Source of the DNA: Lytechinus pictus
Taxonomy: Eukaryota
Assembly (NCBI RefSeq): GCF_037042905.1
Contig: NC_087245.1
Coordinates: forward strand, 35,404,001-35,468,000
DNA length: 64,000 nt
Direction: 5' to 3'
In this document: positions 24,510 through 36,689 of the stretch, one piece after another
Position numbering within the stretch: the stretch's first letter is position 1
How the letters are laid out: every line of letters begins with the position of its first letter
Program-made: the position numbers and the translations under genes
The notes under the pieces: model-generated
Seen by the model: the letters and a program-made list of their open reading frames with translations, nothing else
Told to the model about the DNA's origin: nothing
The model's database searches: none

Positions 24510-25398
24510 CCCTAAATCTCCCGGGGTATTTTGATTCTTGTCATTCCTGGGGGGGGGGGGGGGCCATTATTTAAGATCTCAGCCGCGGATTGCGCGATCA
24601 CAACAAAAATTGGTAAAGAAAAAAAAATGGTAGAGAATGACGTAATCTATGCAGTTGCATTGGTAAATTTCACTGAATTCATATATTTTTATTTTATATG
24701 AATTAATTATGCTAATTTATTCATGAAATCATACTTTTTGCTCTGATTCACTAAAGAAAGCTCCCAGAATGCTATTTTTTGTTGAAAATATTCTTTATAG
24801 CATTCCTAACAATTGTGAATGAAAAAAATTATGTTACCATGACCGATTTCTTATGTATTTCTTTGTTTTTTTATTGTTTTTTCGATGGAAATCGTTCCAG
24901 ACTTAATTCTGATCATAAACAAGGCAAAATTAATTAAGTTTAATCAATAAAAGTAGAAATAATGATACATTTATGAATTTTGGCTAATACACAATCTGCA
25001 TTGGATTTGTACATGAAATCACGTTTATGAGCAATTTGGGGTCCGACATGCACTTACATAATGTTACGTAATGTCGTAACCGCGTACCCGGGCATCACAA
25101 ATTTGGTCTCAAAATTTGCGCGAGACTTGAAAAAAAAAGTCAGTGAGCGGCGAGGTCAAAAAATTGAAACATGAAATCACGTTTATGAGCAATTTGGGGT
25201 CTGACATGCACTTACATAATGTTGCGTAATGTCGTAACCGCGTACCGGGCGTCACAAATTTGGTCTCAAAATTTGCGCGAGACTTGAAAGTAAAAAATCA
25301 GTGAGCGGCGAGGTCAAAAAAATTTGCGCAGCAGATATATCGCGAAAATTGTCGAGGGGGGGGGCCATTATGCCCCCCCCCCCCCCGGAGAATTAGGG
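24510..25398. mobile_element. piggyBac-like non-autonomous element with TTAA TSD and an internal ~157-bp tandem duplication; related fragment near 430-660
   Basis: TTAA|CCCTAAATCTCC ... GGAGAATTAGGG|TTAA; ACATGAAATCACGTTTATGAGC...GGTCAAAAAA block duplicated at about 25011 and 25170. Confidence 0.85.
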
Positions 25399-27523
25399 TT
25401 AAGTTTACACAACCATTCAAGAAAATGGCACCCTTAATTCCGAAAAGGTCGGGTTCAGTTTACCCATTGTCTTTCAAAAATAATAGCAAAATTCTTGGAT
25501 GGTCGGAAAACTGCCCCAGACGTTTCAGGAATTTAGGGGGCCCTTTTCTCGAAAGGTTGGGTATACGCGATTGCCGGACCCAACGCAATAACCCGATGTG
25601 ATGGCCTAAGCCAAACAAAGTCTGTGTATAAGAGAGACCATAAGAATCGCCTTGTTATAACAGGGATTTCATTAAAACCAATAATACAATAGGAAATAAG
25701 AAAAGTACTAGCTTCTTTAGTAATAATTTTTCAACATAAATCTCTTTACGCTGACCGCAAGGTTTCGACCCAAATGCATATCAAGATGTGAACGTAAAGA
25801 ACAACAAAGTCCACTGCAATAAATTACATTTGCTCATTATATCATCTTAAAACAGCGCCAGCTACGATGAAGGTCTGACGAAGCTTGCAGCCTAGCAAGC
25901 AAAAGCTTTACCCCCCCCAAAAAAAAAAAGGTTATGATAGGTTTTGTGATTTTGAAATAAACAAAATATTTCTAATGTCTAGACATCAATCAGATCAACC
26001 TTTTCAGTACTGAATATTTCATGTGAGGCAGTTTGATTAGTCATTAAATCATGTGCTACGATTTTTTAAAAATTGTATTTCATAATTATGCCAATATTCA
26101 AAAGATGGTCATTGACTTCATTGTACATGCATTCAATAATTCAACTATTCAAGTAAACTTCACACACGTACACACACACAAAGAAAATCTACATTGACTG
26201 AACTTGCAAGCCGGTGACCTACAGTATCACTGTTTTGCTGTTTGCTTTATTCTTGGCAGGATATTTATTTTTCATTACAGCAAAATTGAATTCATGTATG
26301 ATACAAATAGATCTATGTAAAATATAATTGACATATGTACATATTAAACCTACCATAAGATCCTGACATTTCACGGAAAAACTAAACAGTTAGGGCATTA
26401 TTTTTATCATTGTCTTTTTTCAGAGATATATGAGAATCAGTATTCTGGTAGATGTCATATCATTTGTCATCACAACTGTTGTAAACTTTGTCTCTCCTCA
26501 AAGGCACAACCCCAAAAATATGCCAATTCATAAACACGCATAATCCTATTACAAGCAAAAAATTAATGACTGGGTCTAGCAGTTCATATAATATTGCAAT
26601 ATCAAAATACCATGCTGATATTGTTGTTTTAGTTTCACTCATTATCCATGACTACTAAATATTTTTTTCATGCTTCAAGTCTTTAGGCTCTGCATACATA
26701 CTAATTCCTGGGGGTTTTTCCTCCGTTTTTCTCTCTCTTCTAAAAATCCTTCTCAACTTTCTGTCTCTCTGTATATTAAATTAAGCACATTAAAACATGT
26801 GCAGTCGTAGTGTCAGCTACTGTATTGAGGATATGCCCCCACGTTTCCTCAATCTTCCTACTGGTTAGAAGGGCTCAGAACTAACAGTGATTTCGAGATG
26901 ATGGGCAGGAACTTTCAGAGATTATGACAGAGAAAAGACAATGTTCAGAATACCAATTTGTGACAATCATAGTATGGTAATGTCCCGGGGAGGGGGGGGG
27001 GGGGGCTCACATATATTGGTGGTATGGGGACATGCTGCTTTGATGACCCCCTTTTTCAGACCTAGATACTCCGAATGTTCCATTCAAAAGCCGCCCGCCC
27101 CGCTCGCAAGACCCCCGTTACAAAACATCTTAGTTCCCTTGCCCTGCCAAAATAGCTGCACACACAACTCCCTCTGCTAGCAGCTCCATGCACCGCTAGC
27201 GCCCCAAAAGACATGCACAGAATGTCTTTTGTCAAAAGACATGCACAGCGCTAGCATGCACCGTACTTACTGTACCGTGATCCCATTCCGTAGACCCTGA
27301 ATTTCACACCGCCCGGTATATATTTAGTTCCCAAGACCCCATATTTTACCCTTGTCAGTTCCTTAGACCCCAATTTCAGTGTTTTTGTGAGGCACACCCC
27401 CATCAGAAAATAATTTGAGTGAATTCCTTCTCTGTTCTGAGATTACCCTTGATTTCCCCATGATTTATCGATGGAAGGTTGCTTTAATATGAGTGAATGC
27501 AAGTACCACATTCCAACAAAATA

Positions 27524-28412
27524 GGTGGTGCTGCACCATCCCGAGTTTGCTCAATCTCGAGATTTTAGCCCGATCGGCCCACTTCGCGATTAATCTCGAG
27601 ATTCAAGAAACCCCGTCTCCACCATCGCAAGAAGAGCGATTCCTGCTCGAGCGAGGCAACAAGCCCGATGTTACGAGCATGCGCACTTTCGGATCTTGGA
27701 GTTTCAACGGCCCGCGCTTTTGAATAACTTCCCGCGATATGCAAGCAATGTACTCCTTTCACTAGCACTTTCGCCGAATTCGACCGGTGTTATGCAACAA
27801 TCCTCTCAGCTCAGCGAGTGAAGAAGTGATGTATTCTTCGTTAAATATGATGGCGGAGTAGGAGGCAACGACAGAGAGAGAGAGAGAGGGAGAGAAGGAG
27901 GAAAGAAATGCTATTTGCTCACATTTTGTGAAGGAATAAGACAACACTGCTGTCAGTGTTGTTATTGAATATGACCATCGTCGATGAGCGCCTCCCCCTT
28001 CGGTCTGGTCTCTCCCAAAATCCATTCACTGGTGGGACACCATCGTTGCTTATTAGGCAATTGATGAACGCTATTCGCATGTATAAAGTTGACTTTCGCA
28101 CGTGTTTATGTTTTGACCAAGGCGGAAGTGGAACGCGAATTGCATTATGGACTGACGTCATGAATAAATTACCCCGAGTCCAATCTCGAGTGCATCTGCA
28201 CCGACGAATTAGCGGGATAATTCGTAAAATAGCGCGCTATTTTGCAAATAAACCCGAGTTGACTTGGGATTGCAATCTCGAGATTAATCCTACGAACTAG
28301 CGCGATAATTGCGTCTCCACCGCCAACTATCTCGAGATTTTTCAGATCGGGATAATTTGCCGGATCAGAAATAGCGCGCTAATTTGAAAACTCGGGATGG
28401 TGCAGACGGCCC
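27524..28412. mobile_element. GC-rich PIF/Harbinger-like non-autonomous element just downstream of the CCDC127 stop
   Basis: TIR CTGCACCATCCCGAGTTT / AAACTCGGGATGGTGCAG, GG..CC ends, ATA/TAA flanks, subterminal AATCTCGAGATT palindromes. Confidence 0.8.
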
Positions 28413-28573
28413 TAATGTCATGTAAAAAAATATATCCAATATATATCAGATAATAGGAAGAGATTCAAACTCCCCTACTTTTCCACCAAACCAAGCCAAG
28501 CAATTTTTGCTGTAGGTGCAAGTAACATTCATAGGACTACGGCAATGACAATGAGTAGAAAAATGATTTGTCT

Positions 28574-29064
28574 TTATTCCATCAGTTTACTTTTTTTTCC
28601 TTTTAGATCATATGCTCTCATTTTGAGGATGACATTTTCTTGCATATTGAGCCGTGCTCTTGTCCTCCACAATTCCATATACACCCACATGAGGCAGCCA
28701 TTTTCACTTCTGTCTGTGCCACAATGGCAATCTTTCTCCAGTATCTCTTCTATGCCACTGAAAAGTTTCAACTCTCTTTCATAGGGGCGCTCGACTACAT
28801 ACTCTCGGAGTTTCTTCTCCAGTTTTAGTCTTGTTTCTTTATGCTTGAAGGGACTGCAGTAGATATCCTGGCGTTCTTCGAGCATGTTGGATATCGCATC
28901 CAGGTCCCGATTCATCTGAATGTGCTTTTGGTATTCTTTTTGCTGTGTGTCGGTGATATGGCCATGGAAGTTTTCAATTTCAAATTTTAACCTCCTGATT
29001 TCAGCTTGCAATGATGAAATCTTGTCGTTTGGATCAACATGAAGACCTCTCGAAACTTTCCAGC
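28574..29064 (-). CDS. CCDC127: Coiled-coil domain-containing protein 127 orthologue, terminal coding exon
   Basis: Motifs LEERQDIYCS..F, RLKLEK, DCHCG and ENGCLMWVYMELW match my recollection of vertebrate CCDC127 (LTERQNIYCSLF, RLEIEK, DTYCG, QNGRLMWLYLKYW). CAG acceptor at 29065-29067; phase 1 matches the upstream exon. Confidence 0.88.
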
Positions 29065-29545
29065 CTGGATGGAAAATACAAATATAAAATAAACCTATGT
29101 AAGTAATTGTGAGGGCAAAGTCATTTAAAATCTCTATGTAATAGATAACATCAGAACACCTTTTGTACAAGTCAGAAATAAATCAGAAAGAAACACTTTG
29201 TAAAATATTCACATAACTTTACATTTTGCATTTACAACATTGCTTCTATTTCTTTGATTTGGGGCACTGACACTGTTATGATAATATTCAAATTTTGTAA
29301 TCAAGACTGCATATTTATTAAAAATGCACCTGAATAATTTCATGATGACATGATCTACATATCACCCCCCCCCCACTGAATCCTAGCATGATTGACATTG
29401 CTTTGAAATAAAATTGCAGAAATTTTAAAGACCCCAACCCGACCCAAAAGAGATTGACAAATCATTCATCAATTGAAAACTTACAAACTGCAAAACACAG
29501 CAATATATACATTGTCACCATTTCCCAGAAGGGTATTTTGCTTAA

Positions 29546-30835
29546 AGGTCAAGTATACCCCAATGAAAAGTTGATTTGAATAAAAAGATAACAAGAGTGT
29601 TGCTAAGGCGAGCACATAATACACCCGCCTGTAACGCGAAAAATTGAGTTATTGGTCAAGCAAGAAAAGTGGAAGGTGGCGACTTCACCTTTGACCTAAA
29701 AATCAGTAGGCTTTCTTGGATTCATGCTAGTATCATACACACCAAATTATATGAGCCTAGGTTAAAGAGAAATTCCAGTAGTTGCAGTAAACACTGATTT
29801 CATGAGAAAGTCTGTAAAACCAGGCTTAATTGTCAGTATATCATCGAGGATCTAGTTCTGGTACAGTTACATAAACTGAACTTTGTGAAATCTTGAAATC
29901 TACGCTGAAAAATGTTCAGACTGAACTTCCCCGACACAGATAAGCGCACGTGGGACAGTGTATAATTATTGCTTTGAGCGTCGGGCCCGACGCTCTACCC
30001 GAATCCTGTGCTTATTTGCTGATTTCTCAGCAATTACACAATTTCTTCCAGAATCCTTTGGCACATGCGTTTTATTTATACAAACAGACACTTTGGTGGT
30101 CATTTCATTGGATTCTGTACGAACTCATTTTGATATCGTTACCAAAACTAGCATTTACCTTTAACTTAAACTGAAGTTATCACGTTTACAAGGACTGCAG
30201 AAGGGTAAGATGAAAACATGTCACTGTGACCTTGACCTTTGGACCTCAAATTTCTGGGATCCATGCTAGTATCATACGTACCAAATAATATGAGCCTAGG
30301 TCAAGTTAAACTAAAGTTATCACGTTTACAAGCAAAAGTGAACGGACGGACACCGAGCGTGATACCATAATACGTCCCGTAGGATGGGCGTATAAAAATC
30401 AAACAAGCATAACCCTGAAAATTTCATCAAAATCGGGTGTAAAATAAGAAAGTTATGACATTTTTAAAATTCACTTATTTTTGACAAAAGTTATATGCAC
30501 AATTCAGTGATATGCAAATGAGAGAGTCGATGATGTCCCCCACAGTGACACTATTTTTTATTGTTTGAATTATACAATATTTCATTTTTCACAGATTTGA
30601 CAATAAGGACTCTCGTGTTTAAACCACAAAAAACAATAATTACACATGTTAACATAGGAATAAAACTTTGTTTCATATGACAATGAGGAGAAAATTTGAA
30701 TTTCCATATCCATGTAATGAAATACAAAAGAAATAGTGAGGTGATGATGTCATCAGTCTCCTCAATTGCATATCAACCAGAATATGAATATAACTATATT
30801 GTGAAATTTAAGCAAATCTTAATGTCATAAATTTG
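29546..30835. mobile_element. Kolobok-like MITE (family of 52819-53424) interrupted by a HINE (29591-30394), which is itself interrupted by a second TTAA MITE (29766-30160)
   Basis: TTAA|AGGTCAAGTATACCCC start. The host sequence resumes at about 30395 where the intact copy predicts. The inner element AGAGAAATTCCAGT..ACTAGCATTTACCT is flanked by TTAA on both sides. Confidence 0.82.
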
Positions 30836-31129
30836 TTGGGCTTCGAAATAAGCTATATTGTACTCAGAATTGCATTCAGATCAGATTATATGTATCAACT
30901 TTTCCTAACATAAGAATTTAAACAACAAATTGAACAGTTGTACATGTAGGTTTCCATTAAAAAAAACAATTGAAAAATTGTAATCGTAATCAGCATATTC
31001 TCTATAATATTGGCTTACACTACGGCTTACAATTTTTTTTAATGGCTGTTTGAATTTGATTGTCTGGATACACGACCTGTCCGGAGGACAACAACTGAGA
31101 CTAAGTGTCATTTTCCTCTGTAAATTGCA

Positions 31130-31586
31130 ACAAGAGTGTCGCTAAGGCGAGCACATAATACGCCCGTCTGTAACACAGAAAATGGAGTTATTGGTCAAGC
31201 AAGAAAAGTAGAAGGTGGTGTCTTCATCTTTGACCTTCTGGCCTCAAAATCAATAGGCTTCATGGGATCAATGCTAGTATCATACACATCAAATTATATG
31301 AGCCTAGGTTAAGTTAAACTAAAGTTATCGCGTTTACAAGGACTGCAGAAGGGTACGATGAAAACATGTCACTGTGAACTTGACCTTTGACCTTTTGACC
31401 GCAAAGTCAATGGGCTTCCTGGGATCCATGCTAGTATCATACACACCAAATTATATGAGCCTAGGAACTTAAGTTAAACTGAAGTTATCGCGTTTACAAG
31501 GAAAAGTTAACGGACGGACGGTCAGACAGACAGATGGACGGACACCGAGCGTGATACCATAATTCGTCCCGTCGAGACGGGCGTAT
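31130..31586 (-). mobile_element. Intact Helentron-associated HINE (DINE-1-like architecture)
   Basis: On the - strand: TT target, TATACGCCCGTC subTIR with adjacent partial inverted repeat, GTCY microsatellite, two central tandem units, GACGGGCGTAT subTIR, hairpin GTG(C)TCGCcttaGCGACAC, CTTGTT end. Confidence 0.82.
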
Positions 31587-32054
31587 AAAATATCTAAAAC
31601 AATCTGGAAAAAAAAAGAGTCATCTTTTTGACATACAAACCTATGGATTCACGTCACAGAATTCAGGCTGTGAAGAAGCTTTATCAAGCCTTTTTCACAA
31701 AACCAATAGAGTCTTTTTAATTTGACGCAAAACAGTCAGCTCTCAAGTGGAGAGTATGCATAAAACTCACATTGTTATACTATGTAGCTTATATCTTTTC
31801 CATTTGTCGATTTCACTTTTAGCTCTAGTCTGGGTCTTTAGGGTCCAAAATTTAGCTTTCAGAAAAAATGGGAAATTGCAATGTTCGTATATCTTGGAGG
31901 TAATGCAAAGCAGTCATTGCTTGAAGTTGAAGCCAATATTTATTCCGTAGCACAATAGATATTCTTCAAACAATTCAATTAACTAGGAGTAATGTATACC
32001 ATAGATAAAATCTTAGAGAAGAAGAAAGGCTTAGAAGATGCAAGAAATTCTCAC

Positions 32055-32181
32055 TTAGAAAAGCTGGAATGACGTAAGGAACTGCATACGGAAGAAAAAC
32101 ATCTCGAACGAGCCTGCTGATCTTTGCTTGCCAGGTCTCCGGTGGATCAGGCAGGATATTTAGATCATTCATAATATTCAT
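32055..32181 (-). CDS. CCDC127: CCDC127 orthologue, first coding exon (MNIMNDLNILPDPPETWQ...PYAVPYVIPAFL); exon spans 32055-32204
   Basis: aaaATG start. MN..ND..NI.P and a hydrophobic YAVPYVIPAF segment resemble the CCDC127 N-terminus. TAG acceptor at 32205, GTGAGA donor at 32054; phase 1 join gives a 205 aa ORF. Confidence 0.82.
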
Positions 32182-33245
32182 TTTTTTAATTTTAGCAGTG
32201 GAACCTAGAAGAGATTGAGCAAATGTGAGAAGAAAAATAAAACACAATGAAATAACAATCAAATATCAGAACTACTAACATTAAGATTTACCATTATGTA
32301 GAGTACCAAGGGATAAATTTAATCTCTCACTATAAATCTTTAAGTTTGAGCCACACAGTATTTTGGTACATATTCATATGGAACCTAATGTTACATTCAT
32401 TTATTAAAATACCTTGTGATATAAGGGAATGTGGCATGTACTTGTCATTAATCCCCCCTCCAAAAAAAAAATTATCTCCATTAACATCTCAAAAAAATTG
32501 CTGTGGCAAGCACAATACATGCAATAAAAAGAGTTAGTCTTGAAATAAAAGGCATGCGACCCATCGCATGTGCATTACCTCAAGGTTCCCTTTTGCATCC
32601 CATGCTTTTTATTTCATATGTGAATGATTTCCCAAAATCTTCAAAATAGTGTATTCTGTTATAACAGAAACTTAGAAACTCTTAAACTTATAAAGAGTCA
32701 TGTGTGCTGACCAAATAGATTCATGCAAATAAACTGTCGATTAATGCCTGCCTTTAGCTTTGGAAAATCAAGGGTCGATCATGTGAACTATATTTAGTTA
32801 TCATCTAATATTTCAATCTTAAAAACTTGGATCAACTGTTTGATCTTGTTTTCAACTGGCGATTCTCTATGAAAATTCAAACATTCAAATCAAACATATC
32901 TTGCACCCTCTACATGTATTCGAGCATTTACAATTCAGGTCTTGGATATCAAGATGCTACAAAGATTACTGTATTTCCTGAAACTTTCAGGCCGGTCCAT
33001 GCTTTGGAATAGGTTTCATATGGCCTTGTGTCTCCAACTCACTCCATTTGTGTCATGTCGCCCAAATCTAAAGCGCACCTGTCAACATCACAAGTGGAAT
33101 GCCTCTGGCAGTCTTGCCTGCATTAAGCAATTCAATATAGCAGCAGTGCTGACTTTGAAAACAGCTATTAAATAATTATTCACAAAAGAAAACACTCATA
33201 ATAAAATACCATGTCCATTTACCCAACATGACCTTTGACCATGAT

Positions 33246-33369
33246 CATCGAGTTCCTCACACGTTTCAAAACATCGCATGCGCGAGGGTCTGAGCTCGGA
33301 CCCTCATGCATGCGCATGCGATGTTTTGAAATCGGCAGCGAATTATTTATACGTGTGAGGAACTCGATG
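33246..33369. mobile_element. Small hairpin element / MITE
   Basis: Perfect 19-bp TIR CATCGAGTTCCTCACACGT plus inner stem TTTCAAAACATCGCATGCGC / GCGCATGCGATGTTTTGAAA. Confidence 0.75.
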
Positions 33370-33625
33370 TTGGCTCTAAATCACAAATTTTGAGGCTAAC
33401 CGGAGGATGGATATGGAGTGGAATTAGGATGAAAAAGTAAGAAATTAAGCTTCCTATTCTTTTTAAGCTAGTTTCAGTGTAGGATTTTTTACAACAAATA
33501 TGCATTTTTCCCACCTCTGCCACTCGGAGTATCAGAGGGAGTTTTGGACCTTGATGTTCGGGTAGGTGTGGTGTAGCGGTAGTGAAGTGGAGTGGAGGCT
33601 GCACAATCATCACTTGAGGTAAGTC

Positions 33626-34056
33626 TAGACCAAAAGCTTCAGTCTCTCTACTTTGGTTATTCCGCTGAACTCCGTTGGCTCCACTCACCAATAACAAGAG
33701 ACCGAAGTTCTAACTCGATTTGTACAGAGAGTCAGTGGCCATATGTTTATGTATTAAGTTCGGATAAACCAGGGAAGTGGGAGTTGCAGGACAGCCGAAG
33801 TAAGTCACTTGGTTTTTTTTTCTTTTAAGTTTATTTTTCCCCATTTTGGTGCATTTTAGGCTAAAATGGAATAATAATCTTTATTTTGGTCTAGTTCTTT
33901 TTATATATTTTTATGAAATAAAGACAAGAATCAAGAACCGTCAGGGGGATTTTGCATTAACCCCTAATGGCGGCTACTTGATCGCAAGCGAGGAGAAATT
34001 TAAAAAATTAAAAATGTTAAAAAAACTCCTTGAAACAGACGGCTGCCAGCTGTCTA
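33626..34056 (-). mobile_element. Inverted copy of the TAGAC...GTCTA element, in the presumed CCDC127 intron 1
   Basis: TAGACCAAAAGCTTC ... GACGGCTGCCAGCTGTCTA is the reverse complement of the family ends. Confidence 0.85.
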
Positions 34057-35382
34057 CATATAGTCTAGACCTATTTTTGTTAATAATTACCCAAATACAC
34101 AGATACTCTACGACTACGAGACAACCTGCTTTATAATTATAGTTTATCATGCATTTTTTAATCCGTTTAAAAAAAAAAATCTTTGATACGTGTTTAGCAA
34201 GCCTTGCTTTTGTACAGACCATCCTTTCTAGATCTAGGTAAGTATGAATATAATCCTTTGAAGTTCGCGTTTGTTCATGAGCTTTAGATTTAAAATTCAT
34301 ACCTTGCAAATCATATTAGTATACTATAGATCTAGACTCTAGACTCGACTACACCTTAATGGAAGTAGACAATAAATATATTTTTTTAATCACTTCGTCT
34401 TAGTTAGAATAACAAACATTGACTCTTGGTCTACATGCAGTGGCGTAACAGGCGGGGGGGGGGGGGGGGGGCCAAGCTGCCCCCCCCCCAGCAGAGTTCA
34501 CTGGGAAAATTAAAAAAATGGGAAAAAGAAAAAAAGGGGAGAAAGAAAGGGAAAAGAAAAAAGAGGGAGAAGGAAAGGGAAAAGAAAACTAACAAAAACA
34601 TAAAAAGGGAAAACGGAAAGAAAACAGGAAAGGGAAGGAAAGAAGGACAAGTGAGAAAGAACAATTCTCCCTGATATACAAATACATTAGCATTAAAGTA
34701 AGACAGGGAAATAGATTAAAGATGACAAAAAAGCAAACAAAAGCGGGAAATGAAGGTAGAATGGAATGAGCCCAAATCTAAATTGGAAAATAAAGAAAAG
34801 GGACAAGATAAAACTACTGGGCTGCCGAAGATTGACGATAATGAGCGAGAAGGAAAGATGGATGGTATATTGAATGTCATATGAAAGTCCGTAATCTTTC
34901 TTAATCTCCAAAGCTACCGGGGGCTCTGTCCAAGACCCCGTGCAGTGGGGGCTCTTCATCTGTAACCTTTTAAGGGCTCTATAACGGCCCCTGTATGGAC
35001 CCTTCCTGCATTAAACTTTGCGTTGAAGCACTGGCGTACCGGGGGGGGGGGGTGGTTACACAGCCAAGGGGGAATAAAAGAAAATAAAGGAGGCAGCGAA
35101 ATGAGATGAATGAAAAAAAATATATATGACATATTTGCTATGATGTAAAAATCTATCACATAATTAGAATTCCATTTCAAAGGCCATTTTTCTTTCTCGC
35201 TCGCTTCGCTCGCTGGCGAATTTTTACAAATTTTCCCACATTTGCTATGGTGTGCCCTCGAAAAATATTTGGATGATTACGGTACACAACTGCATTGAAT
35301 TTATGTGTTGTGTGAAAGCTACATAAATACACACGCAATTCGATTAAAATTAATAGCCATCTGTAAGGTTTATGGCTTTAAT

Positions 35383-36022
35383 TAGGGTGTCTGGAGAAAA
35401 ATATCACATTTTCTTTGTGAATTTGAAGAGAAATTACCTTCAGACTGACAGAAATGTAACATTTTTGAAAAAAATCCGATTATTGGCTGCAAAAAAGAAG
35501 AATGAAATTAGGTCAATTTTCAGCATTTCTCTGTGAGACTGTGTAGTTAAGAAATGGACACACACAAATCCAAGTTTTTAGCCTCCGAGAGCTGTTATAA
35601 ATTTATTATTAATGCCAAAAACTTGTCCATAAAGAGTCCAATAGGATTTTTTATGCTCTTTCTGATGGTATGATTTTCATAAAGATTTGGAAACCAGATC
35701 ACAATGAAAAATTGCGACAAAGTGAAGAAATTGTGCAAAACAGAAATTTCATTTCATGGGGAAATGGCAATCTCAACACACACACAAATAAGGGTTTGCA
35801 ATTTATCTCTAAATCCTTATTTAAAATGATCATATAAACTTGTCCTTACTGTAAAAAGAAGCCCCTGAATTTTCTCTTTCCATACATGCCAAACACAAGT
35901 TAATAATCAATTCAGATCACATTTTTCTAGTAGCCTGAACTTCCCGAAAAAAATGTGCCATATTTTCCCCTAAATCAGCCTGTCTTATGCTGAGACTTTT
36001 CAGTGTGGCTTCAGACACCCTA
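35383..36022. mobile_element. hAT-like non-autonomous element with a 7-bp TSD
   Basis: CTTTAAT|TAGGGTGTCTGGAG ... CTTCAGACACCCTA|CTTTAAT. Confidence 0.78.
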
Positions 36023-36689
36023 CTTTAATATCAAGAGGTTCCGGGGCTTTAAAACGGCTTTAATATCAAGAGGTTCCACTCACATAGCACTGTTGTATGG
36101 ATGAGTTTGGACCATGGCCCCAAAAAGTTCTACAACCAAACAAAAAAAAAAAGGGAGGAAAGAAAGAAAAGCAAAGAAAAAGTGTATTATATTTTCCTGA
36201 ATATCACGTCAAAATCTATCTTCATGTTAGATTCTCATGAAAAAGTGATTTTTTTATCTCACTCGCTCGGGGCTTAAGTTATTGTTAAGCTACTTCTTGC
36301 CACACGCGCCATGCCCCCTCGAGCATATAGAGCTTCGCCCTGATGCGCACAATAATAACAAAAATCCTATTCACCGTGGCATACCAGAAAAAGAGAGAAG
36401 GGTGAAATCTCTTTTTTTTTATTTCATGTTAAAATCTATCCCAAAATTAGATTTTTGTAATAAAAATGTCAAAATTTTTGCTCGCTCGCTCACATTTTTA
36501 TTTTTTGCCGGATACATGTATCGCCCCCTCAAAATTTTTGCCTCATGATGCCATTGCTTGCCTGTTCCGTGATTGATATGACCGGGAAATTTTTGGCTCT
36601 TGTCCCTCCCCCGGCCACTGACCCCTGTTATGTTTCAAACTGTATTGTTCTTGGTTAATTTGCAGTGGAAAGAAATTTGTTGTTTACCG

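Noticed and set aside
27493..28300. Cluster of 67-114 aa ORFs as a possible gene or transposase
   Set aside because: All lie within or overlap a GC-rich TIR element and show no recognisable catalytic or domain motif.
29065..29170. N-terminal part of the 198-aa ORF in the ORF track
   Set aside because: It is intron read-through upstream of the CAG acceptor; the true start is in the exon at 32181.
34426..34674. Lys-rich and Phe-rich ORFs
   Set aside because: Derived from poly-G plus A/G-rich low-complexity tracts of a common repeat; the same applies to 6960-7100 and 59732-60086.
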